From assembly GCF_900182585.1 (NCBI RefSeq), contig NZ_FXTM01000005.1, forward strand, positions 32,049-96,048: a stretch of DNA of 64,000 nt. Direction: 5' to 3'. Origin of the DNA: Balnearium lithotrophicum (GTDB taxonomy: Bacteria; Aquificota; Aquificia; Desulfurobacteriales; Desulfurobacteriaceae). The notes beneath the pieces are model-generated. The model ran no database searches. It was not told the origin of the DNA and was given only the letters and a program-made list of their open reading frames with translations. Shown here one piece after another: positions 40,458 through 49,698 of the stretch. Each line of letters starts with the position of its first letter. The first letter of the stretch is position 1. Position numbers and translations under genes: made by a program.

Positions 40458-41184
40458 GGCTTACTCCATCCAGTTTGAATCTTTCCCTTGTGGATTTAAG
40501 AAAAACTACTCAAAGTTCCTTACCCTTTTAAACCTGTGTGAGAGGGACTCTTTAGTTGTAGCTCCCGAGGTTTTTCCTACGGGATTTTGCTACAAAAATA
40601 TTGATGAGGCTGTTAGATTTTCGGAGAAGGTCTGTAACGACCTTATGGGATTTTCCGAAGGCCTTAATCTAACGGTAGTTTTCTCCGTTTTTGAAAGAAT
40701 TAATGGAAAACTTTTTAATTCGATTAAAGTTCTAAGCAACGGCAGGGAGCTCCTTTCAAGGCCAAAGGTTAAGCTCTTTAAGCCCGGAGGTGAGGGTGAG
40801 TACTTTACGGAAGGAAGATTGGAAGACCTAAAAGTCGCGAAAACTCCATTTGGAGTCGTTGCTCCCGTTGTCTGTTTTGAGCTTAGGTTCTTTGAAATTT
40901 TAAAGAGACTGAAGGAGCTGGGAGGAGAGGTCTTTACAGTTTCAGCCCAGTGGGGAAGGGCAAGAAAGTTCCACTGGGAAATCCTAATCAGAAGCAGGGC
41001 TTTAGAACTCCAGAGGTTTTTCGTAGGAGCAAACGGAACGGGGAAGGAGATGGGAGGGAGCTCTGCGATAGTTGACCCTTGGGGAAGAGTCATTTCAGAG
41101 GCCGGAGATTCTGAAGGGATAATTTCTGGAAGTATTGACTTAAAAGTTATCAATCAAGTTGAGAAGAAATTACCACTAAACTAA
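40441..41184 (+). CDS. Carbon-nitrogen hydrolase (nitrilase superfamily) protein
   Basis: Glu (APE), Lys, and a Cys in VVCFELRF, consistent with the E-K-C triad; 247 aa. Confidence 0.65.
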   Translation: MRKTFKAYSIQFESFPCGFKKNYSKFLTLLNLCERDSLVVAPEVFPTGFCYKNIDEAVRFSEKVCNDLMGFSEGLNLTVVFSVFERINGKLFNSIKVLSNGRELLSRPKVKLFKPGGEGEYFTEGRLEDLKVAKTPFGVVAPVVCFELRFFEILKRLKELGGEVFTVSAQWGRARKFHWEILIRSRALELQRFFVGANGTGKEMGGSSAIVDPWGRVISEAGDSEGIISGSIDLKVINQVEKKLPLN

Positions 41185-44100
41185 CAAACTCTCTCCTCTA
41201 ATCTCCTTTCAAACAGCCTTTTCATTCTTTCCCTTAAAAAGTAGTCTATCGTTTCAACCCTGATTTTTATAGAGCCTGACGGCCTGTTCTCGTCAATCTC
41301 GTGGAAGGTAAAGTAGGGAGTTCCTGTCTTTTCAACGATTTCCTCAACAACCGAATAGATGGGGGCATCGTGTCCGCACCTGAAGGACGAAAGGTCAAGG
41401 AGCGCAATGTTTGGATGTCTTGAGCCGTAGAGAGCTCCCCAGACCTTTTTAGTACTGTTTTCACTGTAGGCCTTTTTCCAGATATCCCTTATTTTAAACG
41501 GGTCTCTATCGGGAAATACTCTCTTTAAAAATTCGTCTGTCAAAGGTAGTGAATCTATCGTTAAAATCGGATATCCCAACTTCTGGAGCTCCTCAGTTAT
41601 CCCGTGGTTTATTCCTGGGTCGTTGTGGTAAGGCCTTCCTAAAACTAAAATTGCTATTCTTCCCTCAGACTCAACTCTCCTTAAAATTTCCTCTCCCAAC
41701 TTTCTCATCTCACTCTGGTACTCGGATAGAGCTCTAAATCCCTCATCAACAGCCCTGTCGCTCTCCCTTCTTGTCAATTTCAAAATCTCCTTAAAGGCCT
41801 CGTACATTTCCCATCTTAGGAGTTCCTCATCGTCAAAGTGCAGGAGAGGGTCAAGGTAGACTATTCCATTCTTTTTAAAAATGTCCTCCTCCTTTGTTAA
41901 AACGGACCTTACCGAAATCGGGGTTGCCGTAACTGTAGGACATGCATGGGAACCTTCAGCATCCTTAAACATTCCCCTTAACGTTGCAACCTTTGGAAAG
42001 AGAATAACGTCGGGCTTTTTCTTTATCAAATTCCTTATATGTGCAAGGGCAACCTTACTTGGAAAGCATGGGTCTATAGCCCCTCCTCGGAGTTCCTCCC
42101 TCACCATCCTTTCAGATGTGTAGTCGGAGAAAACAAAGTTTTCAACCCCTAACGACTCCAAGTACCCCCTGAAAAATGGAGTTAGTGAATAGAAGTTAAG
42201 AACTCTCGGAATTCCAATTTTTAACTTTTTCCTCGTACCAATAACTCTTCTTCTGCTTAGAATTCCAAATCTCCTCTCTTCGTAAACTTTTCTAACTGGA
42301 TAGCTTTCAAAGACTTTCTTAGCTGAAATTTCCTGTAAGTTTGGATTTTCTCTCTTTATTCTGTTGATTTTCTTTACAACTTCTTTCACGTCGGAAATGT
42401 CCGTTACAGTTCCCTTTTCACAGGGAGCAATTATGTAGAGTCTATCTCCGGATTGGGTTTTAACGTTAATAAACGTTCTCTGACACCTGTTTGTACAGAA
42501 GTTACACCTTGTTGTTTCGTCGCTCTTTACTTCAAAGTCAAGGTTTATAAGCCTGTCAAGGCCTATAAAGGAGGTTCTCCCAGTGTAGTTCCTCATTGCC
42601 TCAACGGCAGCTCCAAAGGCTCCGGCCTCACCGGTTATCGGGTGGACTAAAATTTCTGCGTCCGGAACTTTCTCCTTTATGAAGTCGTACTGGGCCTTAA
42701 CTGCTGCAAGGTTCCTCTGTGTTCCCCCCTGAAGGAGGAATCTCCTTCCAAGTCTCCTAAGGTTCGGTTCTTTAACGACGTAGAGCCATATATTTTTCGG
42801 CAGAACCTTTGCAAGGCCCGCCATTATCTCGTGGGGTTCCCATCCAAGCCTTTGAAAGTTAACAATGTCCTGTTCCAAAAAGACAGCACAGCCAAAGTTG
42901 AACCTTGGAGCGTACTCTGCCTTAAAGGCAACATCAGCAAACTCTTCGACCCTGTATCCAAATTTTTCCGCCGTTGACTGGAGAAAGTAACCGTTTCCCG
43001 CTGAGCACTGGGTATTCAGCTTAAAGTCCTTAACCTCTCCGTTTCTCAGAATCATTACCTTAATGTCCTGACCTCCAACATCAACTATAACGTCAATGTC
43101 TTCAAAGAAGTGCTTTGCAGAAATTGTGTGAGCCACAGTTTCAACGACTGCAACATCGGCACCTATTGTCTCCTTTAGCATCTCCTTAGCATATCCCGTT
43201 GTCCCGACGGAGAGAATCTGGAGCTCCGCGCCGTTTTCCTCTATCTGTTCCTTCAAACTTCTAACAACCTCTTTAGTATCAGAGAGGGGATTTCCCTTAG
43301 AAAGTGTGTAGGCAGTTGCAAGGAGTTCCCCATTTTCATCAATCAAAACGGCCTTTGTTGAAGTGGAGCCTCCGTCTATTCCCAAAAATGCTTTAACTTT
43401 CTCTCCCGGTTTAAACTCCCTCGGTTTAAATGGCTTTACCCCGTACTTTTCCCTAAACTCCTCTAAACTCTCCCCCGGCTTTAAGAGTCCCCTCTCCCCA
43501 GTTTTCCTCTTTAAATAAACAAGGGACTTCCTAAATTCCAAAAGTCCTTCCATTCCCCTGTAGGGACTCTCTTCGTAGTTTGAGTAGAGAGCTCCACCGA
43601 TTGCCGCATAGAGGTGTGAGTTTTTAGGAAGGAGTACAGAACTTTCGTCAAAATCAATTCCCTTTTCTCTCCACATCTTTTCAAGGTGGTATTTCCAGGC
43701 CTCAACTAATGCCGGAAAGTAGGTGTTTGGACCCCCCAATAGAAGAACGACCGGCCTTAGAGTGTGTCCCCTCGTTAAAACTGCCAAGTTCTGGATGACT
43801 ATTGCATTGAAGAGGGAAATTAGAAGCTCGTCTGATGGAACACCTGCCTTCTGGAGGCTGTTTATATCGGTTTCTGCAAAGACGCCGCATTTTGCTGCAA
43901 CGGGATGCACTTTTTGAGGATTAAACCCTACCTTCGTTGCAATCTCAGGAGGGATTTTTAATTTTGAGACGATTCTATCTATAGTGGCTCCCGTTCCGCC
44001 GGCACACTTATCGTTCATCGTTGTAACTTTTCTCCTTACACCACCGGCATCTATCCAGAAAATCATCTTTGCATCCTGACCGCCCAGTTCAACAACGGAG

Positions 44101-44381
44101 TTAACTTCAGGATGAAGAGTTTCAACTGCAAGGCTTACAGCATTTACCTCTTGAACAAACTTTACATTTAGAACCCTTGCAATGTCTCCTCCACCGCTTC
44201 CGGTCATAAAGAGCTGAAACTCCTTTCCTGCTATCTCCTCAAATTTTTTAAGGAGCTCTGCTACTTTTTCAGACTGCTTTGCCTCATGCCTTGTATAGTG
44301 GCTAAAGACAATTTCATTGTTCTCATTCAGCAAAACGCCCTTAACGGTAGTTGAGCCTACATCTATTCCGGCTTTAAACAT
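41181..44381 (-). CDS. Large fusion protein (1066 aa). Two BadF/BadG/BcrA/BcrD-type ATPase activase domains in tandem, then a 2-hydroxyacyl-CoA dehydratase / double-cubane-cluster-protein-like Cys-containing C-terminal domain.
   Basis: Two ASKHA/activase starts (GIDVGSTTVKGVLL and LGIDGGSTSTKAVLID). C-terminal region has CNFCTNRC and further Cys (SHACPT, FRCGHDAPIY). ATG at 44381 overlaps the tetR stop by 1 nt. Confidence 0.75.
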   Translation of the reverse strand: MFKAGIDVGSTTVKGVLLNENNEIVFSHYTRHEAKQSEKVAELLKKFEEIAGKEFQLFMTGSGGGDIARVLNVKFVQEVNAVSLAVETLHPEVNSVVELGGQDAKMIFWIDAGGVRRKVTTMNDKCAGGTGATIDRIVSKLKIPPEIATKVGFNPQKVHPVAAKCGVFAETDINSLQKAGVPSDELLISLFNAIVIQNLAVLTRGHTLRPVVLLLGGPNTYFPALVEAWKYHLEKMWREKGIDFDESSVLLPKNSHLYAAIGGALYSNYEESPYRGMEGLLEFRKSLVYLKRKTGERGLLKPGESLEEFREKYGVKPFKPREFKPGEKVKAFLGIDGGSTSTKAVLIDENGELLATAYTLSKGNPLSDTKEVVRSLKEQIEENGAELQILSVGTTGYAKEMLKETIGADVAVVETVAHTISAKHFFEDIDVIVDVGGQDIKVMILRNGEVKDFKLNTQCSAGNGYFLQSTAEKFGYRVEEFADVAFKAEYAPRFNFGCAVFLEQDIVNFQRLGWEPHEIMAGLAKVLPKNIWLYVVKEPNLRRLGRRFLLQGGTQRNLAAVKAQYDFIKEKVPDAEILVHPITGEAGAFGAAVEAMRNYTGRTSFIGLDRLINLDFEVKSDETTRCNFCTNRCQRTFINVKTQSGDRLYIIAPCEKGTVTDISDVKEVVKKINRIKRENPNLQEISAKKVFESYPVRKVYEERRFGILSRRRVIGTRKKLKIGIPRVLNFYSLTPFFRGYLESLGVENFVFSDYTSERMVREELRGGAIDPCFPSKVALAHIRNLIKKKPDVILFPKVATLRGMFKDAEGSHACPTVTATPISVRSVLTKEEDIFKKNGIVYLDPLLHFDDEELLRWEMYEAFKEILKLTRRESDRAVDEGFRALSEYQSEMRKLGEEILRRVESEGRIAILVLGRPYHNDPGINHGITEELQKLGYPILTIDSLPLTDEFLKRVFPDRDPFKIRDIWKKAYSENSTKKVWGALYGSRHPNIALLDLSSFRCGHDAPIYSVVEEIVEKTGTPYFTFHEIDENRPSGSIKIRVETIDYFLRERMKRLFERRLEERVC

Positions 44382-44941
44382 TACCCCTCCAAAATTCCTT
44401 TAAAAGCGAGATTGACAAGCTCCTCTACTGCCTCATCAATATTTACCTTCCCCTCAACGATTCCCTTTCCTGTTTCTAAAAAAGCTCCAACAATCGCCCT
44501 CGATACAACTTGGACGTTGCAACTTCTAACAAGGCCTAACTTCATTCCCGTTAAAAGGGAGTGTTCAACGAGAGAGTAGACTTTTTTGAAAAATTCCTCA
44601 ATGAGCCTGTCAAACTCAGGATTTAACTTGTGAGGGTGATTGAGAATGAGAAGGGCCAACTCCCTATCTTCCTCAAAGAGACTTAAGAGACTCCTCAAGT
44701 TTTCCCTTAACTGGTCGACGGGATTTTCCCTCGGTAGGAGCTTTAACTTTGAGGATATTTCAAGAACAAGCTCCTCAAGAACCCTCTTGTAAACATCGTT
44801 TTTGTTTTTGAAGTAGAGGTAAAACGTTCCCCTTGCAATTCCTAAAGAATTAACAATGTCTGAAACCGTTAAATTGTAGAAACCCTTTTCTGAAAAGAGC
44901 TTCCTTGCCCTTTTAAGGATTTCCCTCTCCCTTGTTTTCAA
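44381..44941 (-). CDS. TetR/AcrR family transcriptional regulator
   Basis: N-terminal HTH with TetR signature (FSEKGFYNLTVSDIVNSLGIARGTFYLYFKNK). TTG start at 44941. First gene of an operon with the activase fusion. Confidence 0.85.
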   Translation of the reverse strand: MKTREREILKRARKLFSEKGFYNLTVSDIVNSLGIARGTFYLYFKNKNDVYKRVLEELVLEISSKLKLLPRENPVDQLRENLRSLLSLFEEDRELALLILNHPHKLNPEFDRLIEEFFKKVYSLVEHSLLTGMKLGLVRSCNVQVVSRAIVGAFLETGKGIVEGKVNIDEAVEELVNLAFKGILEG

Positions 44942-44952
44942 CTTCTACCCCC

Positions 44953-44972
44953 TGAACTGACACGTCAGTTCA
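44953..44972. promoter_or_regulatory. Palindromic operator candidate TGAACTGAC-ac-GTCAGTTCA, 12 bp upstream of the tetR start
   Basis: 9+9 bp perfect inverted repeat with a 2-nt centre, read directly from the sequence. This is typical TetR-operator architecture and position. Confidence 0.6.
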
Positions 44973-45013
44973 ATACTAATTCCAAAGTGGTAAAATTTCA
45001 ACCGGAGGGAAGG

Positions 45014-45547
45014 ATGAGAAAGGGCTTACTTTTAGGGATGGTAATTTTCCTATCGGGATGTGTCACCTCAGGGGGAGAGAGGATAAACTCAATCGAAGCA
45101 CAACTCCAGGTTTTAAAGTTGGAAAATGAGAATTTGAAGAAGGAGGTTTCGGAGCTCCAAAAGAGGCTTGTGTCCCAGAGAGAGGGGTTAGCTAAACTTT
45201 CTACTCAGTTTGAAAATTTAAGAGAGAAGAGTTCTCATTTGGAGGTTAATAACATTAAATTAAAGAAAAACATTAATCAAATTTTAATATCTACCAAGAA
45301 ACTAAAAGATGAACAGAAAAAACAGTTATCTAAAATTGAATCTGAAATTATTAGTCTAAGAAAGAATATCGACTCTTTAAAGGGAGAAATTCAAAATTTG
45401 GAATCCTGCTGTAAATCAAATACTGAAAACACCAGCAGTTTAGAGAAAAATGTAAAAGACTTAGAAGTTAGAGTTGAAAAATTGGAAGAAAAAGTTAAAA
45501 ATTTAAGAATCCCTTCAATTAAAATTGAAAAGGTAAAGCCTAAATAA
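45014..45547 (+). CDS. Coiled-coil lipoprotein (lipobox LSGC), function unknown
   Basis: MRKGLLLGMVIFLSGC signal/lipobox, followed by about 150 aa of heptad-repeat, Leu/Glu/Lys/Asn-rich sequence. RBS GGAGGGA before the ATG at 45014 (the ORF could extend to 44987). Confidence 0.6.
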   Translation: MRKGLLLGMVIFLSGCVTSGGERINSIEAQLQVLKLENENLKKEVSELQKRLVSQREGLAKLSTQFENLREKSSHLEVNNIKLKKNINQILISTKKLKDEQKKQLSKIESEIISLRKNIDSLKGEIQNLESCCKSNTENTSSLEKNVKDLEVRVEKLEEKVKNLRIPSIKIEKVKPK

Positions 45548-46052
45548 AAGACTTTATTAAAATAAAGAGTAAGACGAGGGAAGCAATTAGAATGATTGCA
45601 TTTGAGGTGTAGGAACGTTTATAGGAAGACGCCACCTCCTTAAAGTTACTGCTAAGTTTACTGGGAACTCTCCTTTCCACCTCTTTTAAGAGCTCCTTAA
45701 ATCCATCTACAGAGTCATCGACGACTGCAAGTTTCCCGTCCTTAGATGAAATAAAGAGGAAATATCTTCTTCCAGGAGTTAATGAAATTTCCTCAATCTC
45801 ATTCCAATTTATTTTTTTCCTTCCAGTAATTCCAAAAACCTCAATTCCATCGTTAGATACAGTCACCTTTTTCTTCAGGAGAAAGAAAAAGTATCCAACA
45901 ACGGGAAGGACGAGGAGAAGGAAAACAACGGAGGTAAGGGAGAACTTCCCCGACCTGTAGAGGAGAGCTCCAAAGAAGAGTGAGTAGGAAACAACCAAAA
46001 GGGCGTAGGAAATCAGTGTAAACCAATCCGTTCTAAATTCCTTTCTATCCAT
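45540..46052 (-). CDS. Membrane protein with a bacterial PH-like domain (YdbS/bPH-type topology)
   Basis: Two N-terminal TM helices, a soluble region of about 80 aa, and a C-terminal TM helix; 170 aa. Confidence 0.45.
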   Translation of the reverse strand: MDRKEFRTDWFTLISYALLVVSYSLFFGALLYRSGKFSLTSVVFLLLVLPVVGYFFFLLKKKVTVSNDGIEVFGITGRKKINWNEIEEISLTPGRRYFLFISSKDGKLAVVDDSVDGFKELLKEVERRVPSKLSSNFKEVASSYKRSYTSNAIILIASLVLLFILIKSFI

Positions 46053-47262
46053 TTAACCTCTCAATAACTGCCTTTTTAAACCTTTCCAGTCCCTCTACAA
46101 TATTTTCCATTGAGGTTGCATAGGAAAGCCTCAAATATCCAGGGGAACCGAAAGCTGTTCCGGGAACAACGGCTATCTTAGCCTCCTCTAAAAGGTACTC
46201 AGCAAGGTCAAAGTCATCCTTAAATCTACCCTTTTCTATCAGCTCCTTGACGTTTGGAAAGGCGTAAAATGCCCCTTTAGGCATTAGGCACGAAACTCCA
46301 GGAATCTTGTTTAATTTCTCAACCATATATCTCCTTCTCTCATCGTAAGCCTTAATCCAGTCGTTCAAAAAGTCCTTTGGCTTAACAAGAGCTGCAACTG
46401 CTGCCTTTTGTGCGATTGAATTTACATTTGAAATTGACTGAGAATTAATTTTAATCATCGCATCAATTATTTCCTTAGGACCTGCTGCATAACCAACTCT
46501 CCATCCCGTCATTGCAAAGGTCTTTGAAAGGGCATTAATAGTAACCGTAACCTCTTTAATCTCTTCAGAAATAGAGGCAGTGCTCGTGTGCTTAAATCCG
46601 TCGTAGGTTAGCTTCTCGTAACACTCGTCGGACGCTATTAAAATTCCCCTCTCTGCACAGAATTTTCCAATCCTTTCCAACTCCTCCTTCGGAATAACTG
46701 CTCCTGTTGGGTTGTGGGGAGTACAGATGATTATTAATTTAGTTTTACTCGTAACGGCAGGCTCTATATCCTCCAGTGTTAGTGTAAAGTTCTTTACTTC
46801 CTTCGTTTCAACAAAAACAGGTTTTCCCCCTGCAAACTTAACCTGTTCAGGGTACGTAACCCAGTAAGGTTTAGGAATTATTACTTCATCTCCTTCCTCA
46901 ATCACAGAGAGCATCAGATTAAAGAGAGCCTGTTTAGCTCCGTCTGTTATAACAATTTGCTCCGGTTCGTAGTCAATGTTGTTCTCATTCTTTAACTTGT
47001 AGGCAACAGCCTCCCTTAACTCAGGGATACCTGCAGGTGGAGTGTACTTTGTAAATCCCATATCGATTGCTTCCTTTGCAGCTTCTTTTACGTGTTCAGG
47101 GGTGTCAAAGTCCGGTTCACCGGCACCAAAGCCTATTACATCAATCCCCTTTGCTCTCAACTCTTTAGCCTTGCTTGTTATCGCCATTGTAGGAGATGGC
47201 GACATATTTAAAACTCTCTTTGACAGCTCCATTACGTCCCCCTGTAAAATTGTCGTTGACAT
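46045..47262 (-). CDS. aspC: Aspartate/aromatic aminotransferase (class I PLP-dependent)
   Basis: LSKRVLNMSPSPT N-terminal consensus, PLP-lysine region (SKTFAMTGWRVGY) and a 405-aa length. An alternative start at 47232 (MELSK) is possible. Confidence 0.85.
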   Translation of the reverse strand: MSTTILQGDVMELSKRVLNMSPSPTMAITSKAKELRAKGIDVIGFGAGEPDFDTPEHVKEAAKEAIDMGFTKYTPPAGIPELREAVAYKLKNENNIDYEPEQIVITDGAKQALFNLMLSVIEEGDEVIIPKPYWVTYPEQVKFAGGKPVFVETKEVKNFTLTLEDIEPAVTSKTKLIIICTPHNPTGAVIPKEELERIGKFCAERGILIASDECYEKLTYDGFKHTSTASISEEIKEVTVTINALSKTFAMTGWRVGYAAGPKEIIDAMIKINSQSISNVNSIAQKAAVAALVKPKDFLNDWIKAYDERRRYMVEKLNKIPGVSCLMPKGAFYAFPNVKELIEKGRFKDDFDLAEYLLEEAKIAVVPGTAFGSPGYLRLSYATSMENIVEGLERFKKAVIERLNG

Positions 47263-47310
47263 TTTACACCCTTATTTATACCTTTCCCACCAATCACGGC
47301 AGGAGGAAGA

Positions 47311-47695
47311 GATGAAAGGGAACAGGTGCCTAACAGCAGAACAGATGAAAGAACTGAAGGAAATCTTGGAAAAGAAAAGGGAAGAAGTTTTAGAGGACAT
47401 AAAGAGAGGACTTGAGGAGAATGCCCATTCAGAGAGGGAAGTAGGAGACATTGTTGACATGTCAACCGACGAAATTTTGAGAACTTTTGAGATGAGAATC
47501 AGGGATAGGGAAGCAAAGTACCTAAAGAAGATAGAAAAAGCCTTGAGGAAAATTGAAGAGGGAACTTACGGGATATGTGAAAACTGTGGAGCATGTATTA
47601 AGTACGAAAGACTTAAGCTGAGACCTGTAGCGGAGCTCTGCATAAAGTGTAAGTTAGAGCAGGAGAAGATTGAAAGGAAGTTTGGAGAGGAATAG
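47311..47695 (+). CDS. dksA: DksA/TraR family C4-type zinc-finger protein
   Basis: Coiled-coil region plus C-terminal CxxC...CxxC (CENCGACI...CIKCK). RBS GGAGGAAGAG before the ATG at 47311. The long six-frame ORF from 47042 is an antisense artefact over aspC. Confidence 0.75.
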
Positions 47696-47700
47696 CTAAA

Positions 47701-47718
47701 GGGGGGCTAACGCCCCCT
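47701..47718. terminator. GC-rich hairpin GGGGGGC-taac-GCCCCCT between convergent dksA and speH
   Basis: Perfect 6-7 bp G/C stem in the 34-bp convergent gap; flanked by A-rich/T-rich runs on either strand. Confidence 0.45.
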
Positions 47719-47729
47719 CCAACAAACAC

Positions 47730-48119
47730 TCAGCCTACACTTGCGCAGAATGTAACTTCCTCGTTTTCGTTAACAACACCCCTAAAGTGAACGTTCTTTT
47801 CAACCCTTTCAGGATTTAACTTATCTACTATGTAATCAAAGGCCTTGAAGGCGTTTTCATGGTCTCCACACGTATAGACATCTATGGCAACGTATCCATG
47901 CTCAGGCCAAGTGTGGAAGGATAGGTGAGATTCTGAAATAACAACAACCCCCGTCGCCCCGTAGGGCTCAAACTGATGGTAGTAGGCTGAGAGCTTGTTG
48001 AGGTTGGCGTGTTTCACTGCCCCCTCAAAGATTTCTGCCATACTTTCGGCAGACTTAAGGACTTCCGGGTCGCAGCCGTAAAGGTCTGCTACGATGTGGA
48101 CGCCGAGGGTCTTGGCCAT
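47730..48119 (-). CDS. speH: S-adenosylmethionine decarboxylase proenzyme (class 1A, SpeH type)
   Basis: Autoprocessing site ESHLSFHTWPE and a length of about 125 aa. Confidence 0.85.
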   Translation of the reverse strand: MAKTLGVHIVADLYGCDPEVLKSAESMAEIFEGAVKHANLNKLSAYYHQFEPYGATGVVVISESHLSFHTWPEHGYVAIDVYTCGDHENAFKAFDYIVDKLNPERVEKNVHFRGVVNENEEVTFCASVG

Positions 48120-48153
48120 TTTCCTTCCTCCTCTATTTGTGTTTTAATAGAAA

Positions 48154-49698
48154 TTGGCAAAAGTCCTCCCCTTGCCGCGTATAATTATATGCTTAGTTAA
48201 GAAAAAGTTAAGGGATATTTGGAGGGGAAAGATAGAAAAGCCCGTTGTATACGTGTTCTTCCTCTCATTCCTTGTTTTAACGGTTAAGGAGCTCCAAACT
48301 CCCTACTTTCCACTTCTCTTTCTATCGACCCTTCTAATTTTTCTCAACTACTCACTCAGGTTTAGAGTCAGGGAGCTCCTACCGGGAATAATTTTTGTCG
48401 CTGTTCTTTTAGGAGTTTCATCCCTCTTAAGTAGACCTCCTGGAAACCAAAATGTAAGAGAAGTTCTTTGGATTAAGGAGCTCCCAAATGAAGAAAAAGT
48501 TGCAGTTCTTGAGGGTCATAAGTACATAAAGCTAAAGGATGACGCCCTTCCCGGTGACAAAGTTAATTTAAACGGAAGATTGGTTGAAAGGAGTAACTTC
48601 TCCCTTGAAAAAGTCAGGTATGAACTTTACAGGAAATTGGAGGAAAACATTGACTATCCCATATCCTCTCTCGTTGGAGCGGTTACGTTAGGATTAAGGT
48701 ACGAGCTTCCCGATTCAATCAAAGGGTACTTTTCCTTAGCCGGCATCTACCACTTTTTAGCAATATCGGGCCTTCACGTTGGAATTGTTGTCGGTTTCCT
48801 TTCCCTCCTTTTCAAAACCTTAAGAATAAGAAGGCCTGTGACTCTATCCTCCATCCTAATTCTTCCCCTTATTCCCCTAACGGGCCTCACTCCTTCTGTC
48901 TTAAGAGCATACCTCTTTACGTTTCTCTTAGGTTTGGGATTGGAAGGCTACAGAAAAGTAAATCCTCTTTATCTTTTGGGTGTCGTTCTTCTAATAAGCG
49001 TTACTTTCACAGAGTTTAACTTGTCTGCAGCCCTATCTTTTTGTGCAGTAGGTGGCATACTGTTAGCACTAAAGGGAAGGGAAAATTGGTGGTTAAAAAC
49101 GTTAAAAGTTTCCATCTCTCCGGTTTTATTTACACTTCCATTAGTTTTAACCGTTTTTGGAACGTTCAACTTATTAAGTTGGATTAATTCAATCGTTTCA
49201 ACATTCTTGTTCGTTCCCTTTCTCGTATCCTCATTCGCAGAACAAATTACATTCGGAAAGTCAGAACTTATCAACAACTTAACAGAAAACTTGGGATTTT
49301 TCTTTATAGAGAGCTCCAAGTTCCTCTTTAAACTGACAAAGTGGGCAGTTGTTCACTGTGAGGTTCCCCTCTTTATCTCCGGAGCTGTAATGGTTTTAAG
49401 CCTCTTTTTAATTCTATTCTCTAAACCGATCTACGGCTTTGTTCCTTCCATCTTATTAATTATCTACTCTCTTATTTTTCCAACCTATATTACTAAAAAT
49501 GTCTTTATCGATGGAAAGAAGCTCAACTCTTTCTACTTCATATCAACAGAAGGTCAGAGGTATAGTAATTCCAAAATAGAGAGCAACTACGTCCTTCCCT
49601 ACACGAGGGAGCTCCTCTTTAAAAGTAAACTTGTCGATTTAAGGTTGAGGAAAAATTGTTCTAAAATTCCCAAAACAAAAAGGAAGAGAGGTCGGTAA
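48154..49698 (+). CDS. comEC: ComEC/Rec2-related membrane protein (DUF4131 plus competence domain). It lacks a C-terminal metallo-beta-lactamase domain.
   Basis: Competence-domain signature LAISGLHVGIVVGF and multiple TM helices. The true start is uncertain and may lie downstream of 48154. Confidence 0.65.
   Translation: MAKVLPLPRIIICLVKKKLRDIWRGKIEKPVVYVFFLSFLVLTVKELQTPYFPLLFLSTLLIFLNYSLRFRVRELLPGIIFVAVLLGVSSLLSRPPGNQNVREVLWIKELPNEEKVAVLEGHKYIKLKDDALPGDKVNLNGRLVERSNFSLEKVRYELYRKLEENIDYPISSLVGAVTLGLRYELPDSIKGYFSLAGIYHFLAISGLHVGIVVGFLSLLFKTLRIRRPVTLSSILILPLIPLTGLTPSVLRAYLFTFLLGLGLEGYRKVNPLYLLGVVLLISVTFTEFNLSAALSFCAVGGILLALKGRENWWLKTLKVSISPVLFTLPLVLTVFGTFNLLSWINSIVSTFLFVPFLVSSFAEQITFGKSELINNLTENLGFFFIESSKFLFKLTKWAVVHCEVPLFISGAVMVLSLFLILFSKPIYGFVPSILLIIYSLIFPTYITKNVFIDGKKLNSFYFISTEGQRYSNSKIESNYVLPYTRELLFKSKLVDLRLRKNCSKIPKTKRKRGR

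Noticed and set aside
47042-47695. 217-aa plus-strand ORF spanning the aspC 5' end and dksA
   Set aside because: Only the C-terminal 128 aa (from ATG 47311, with an RBS) match DksA/TraR. The N-terminal part is antisense to aspC and lacks any start-signal context.
48154-48260. The first 35 codons of the comEC ORF (MAKVLPLPRIIICLVKKKLRDIW...)
   Set aside because: This stretch overlaps the divergent speH promoter and RBS region and looks non-coding. The real start is probably further downstream, but no convincing alternative start with an RBS could be fixed, so the ORF boundary is kept and flagged rather than re-called.
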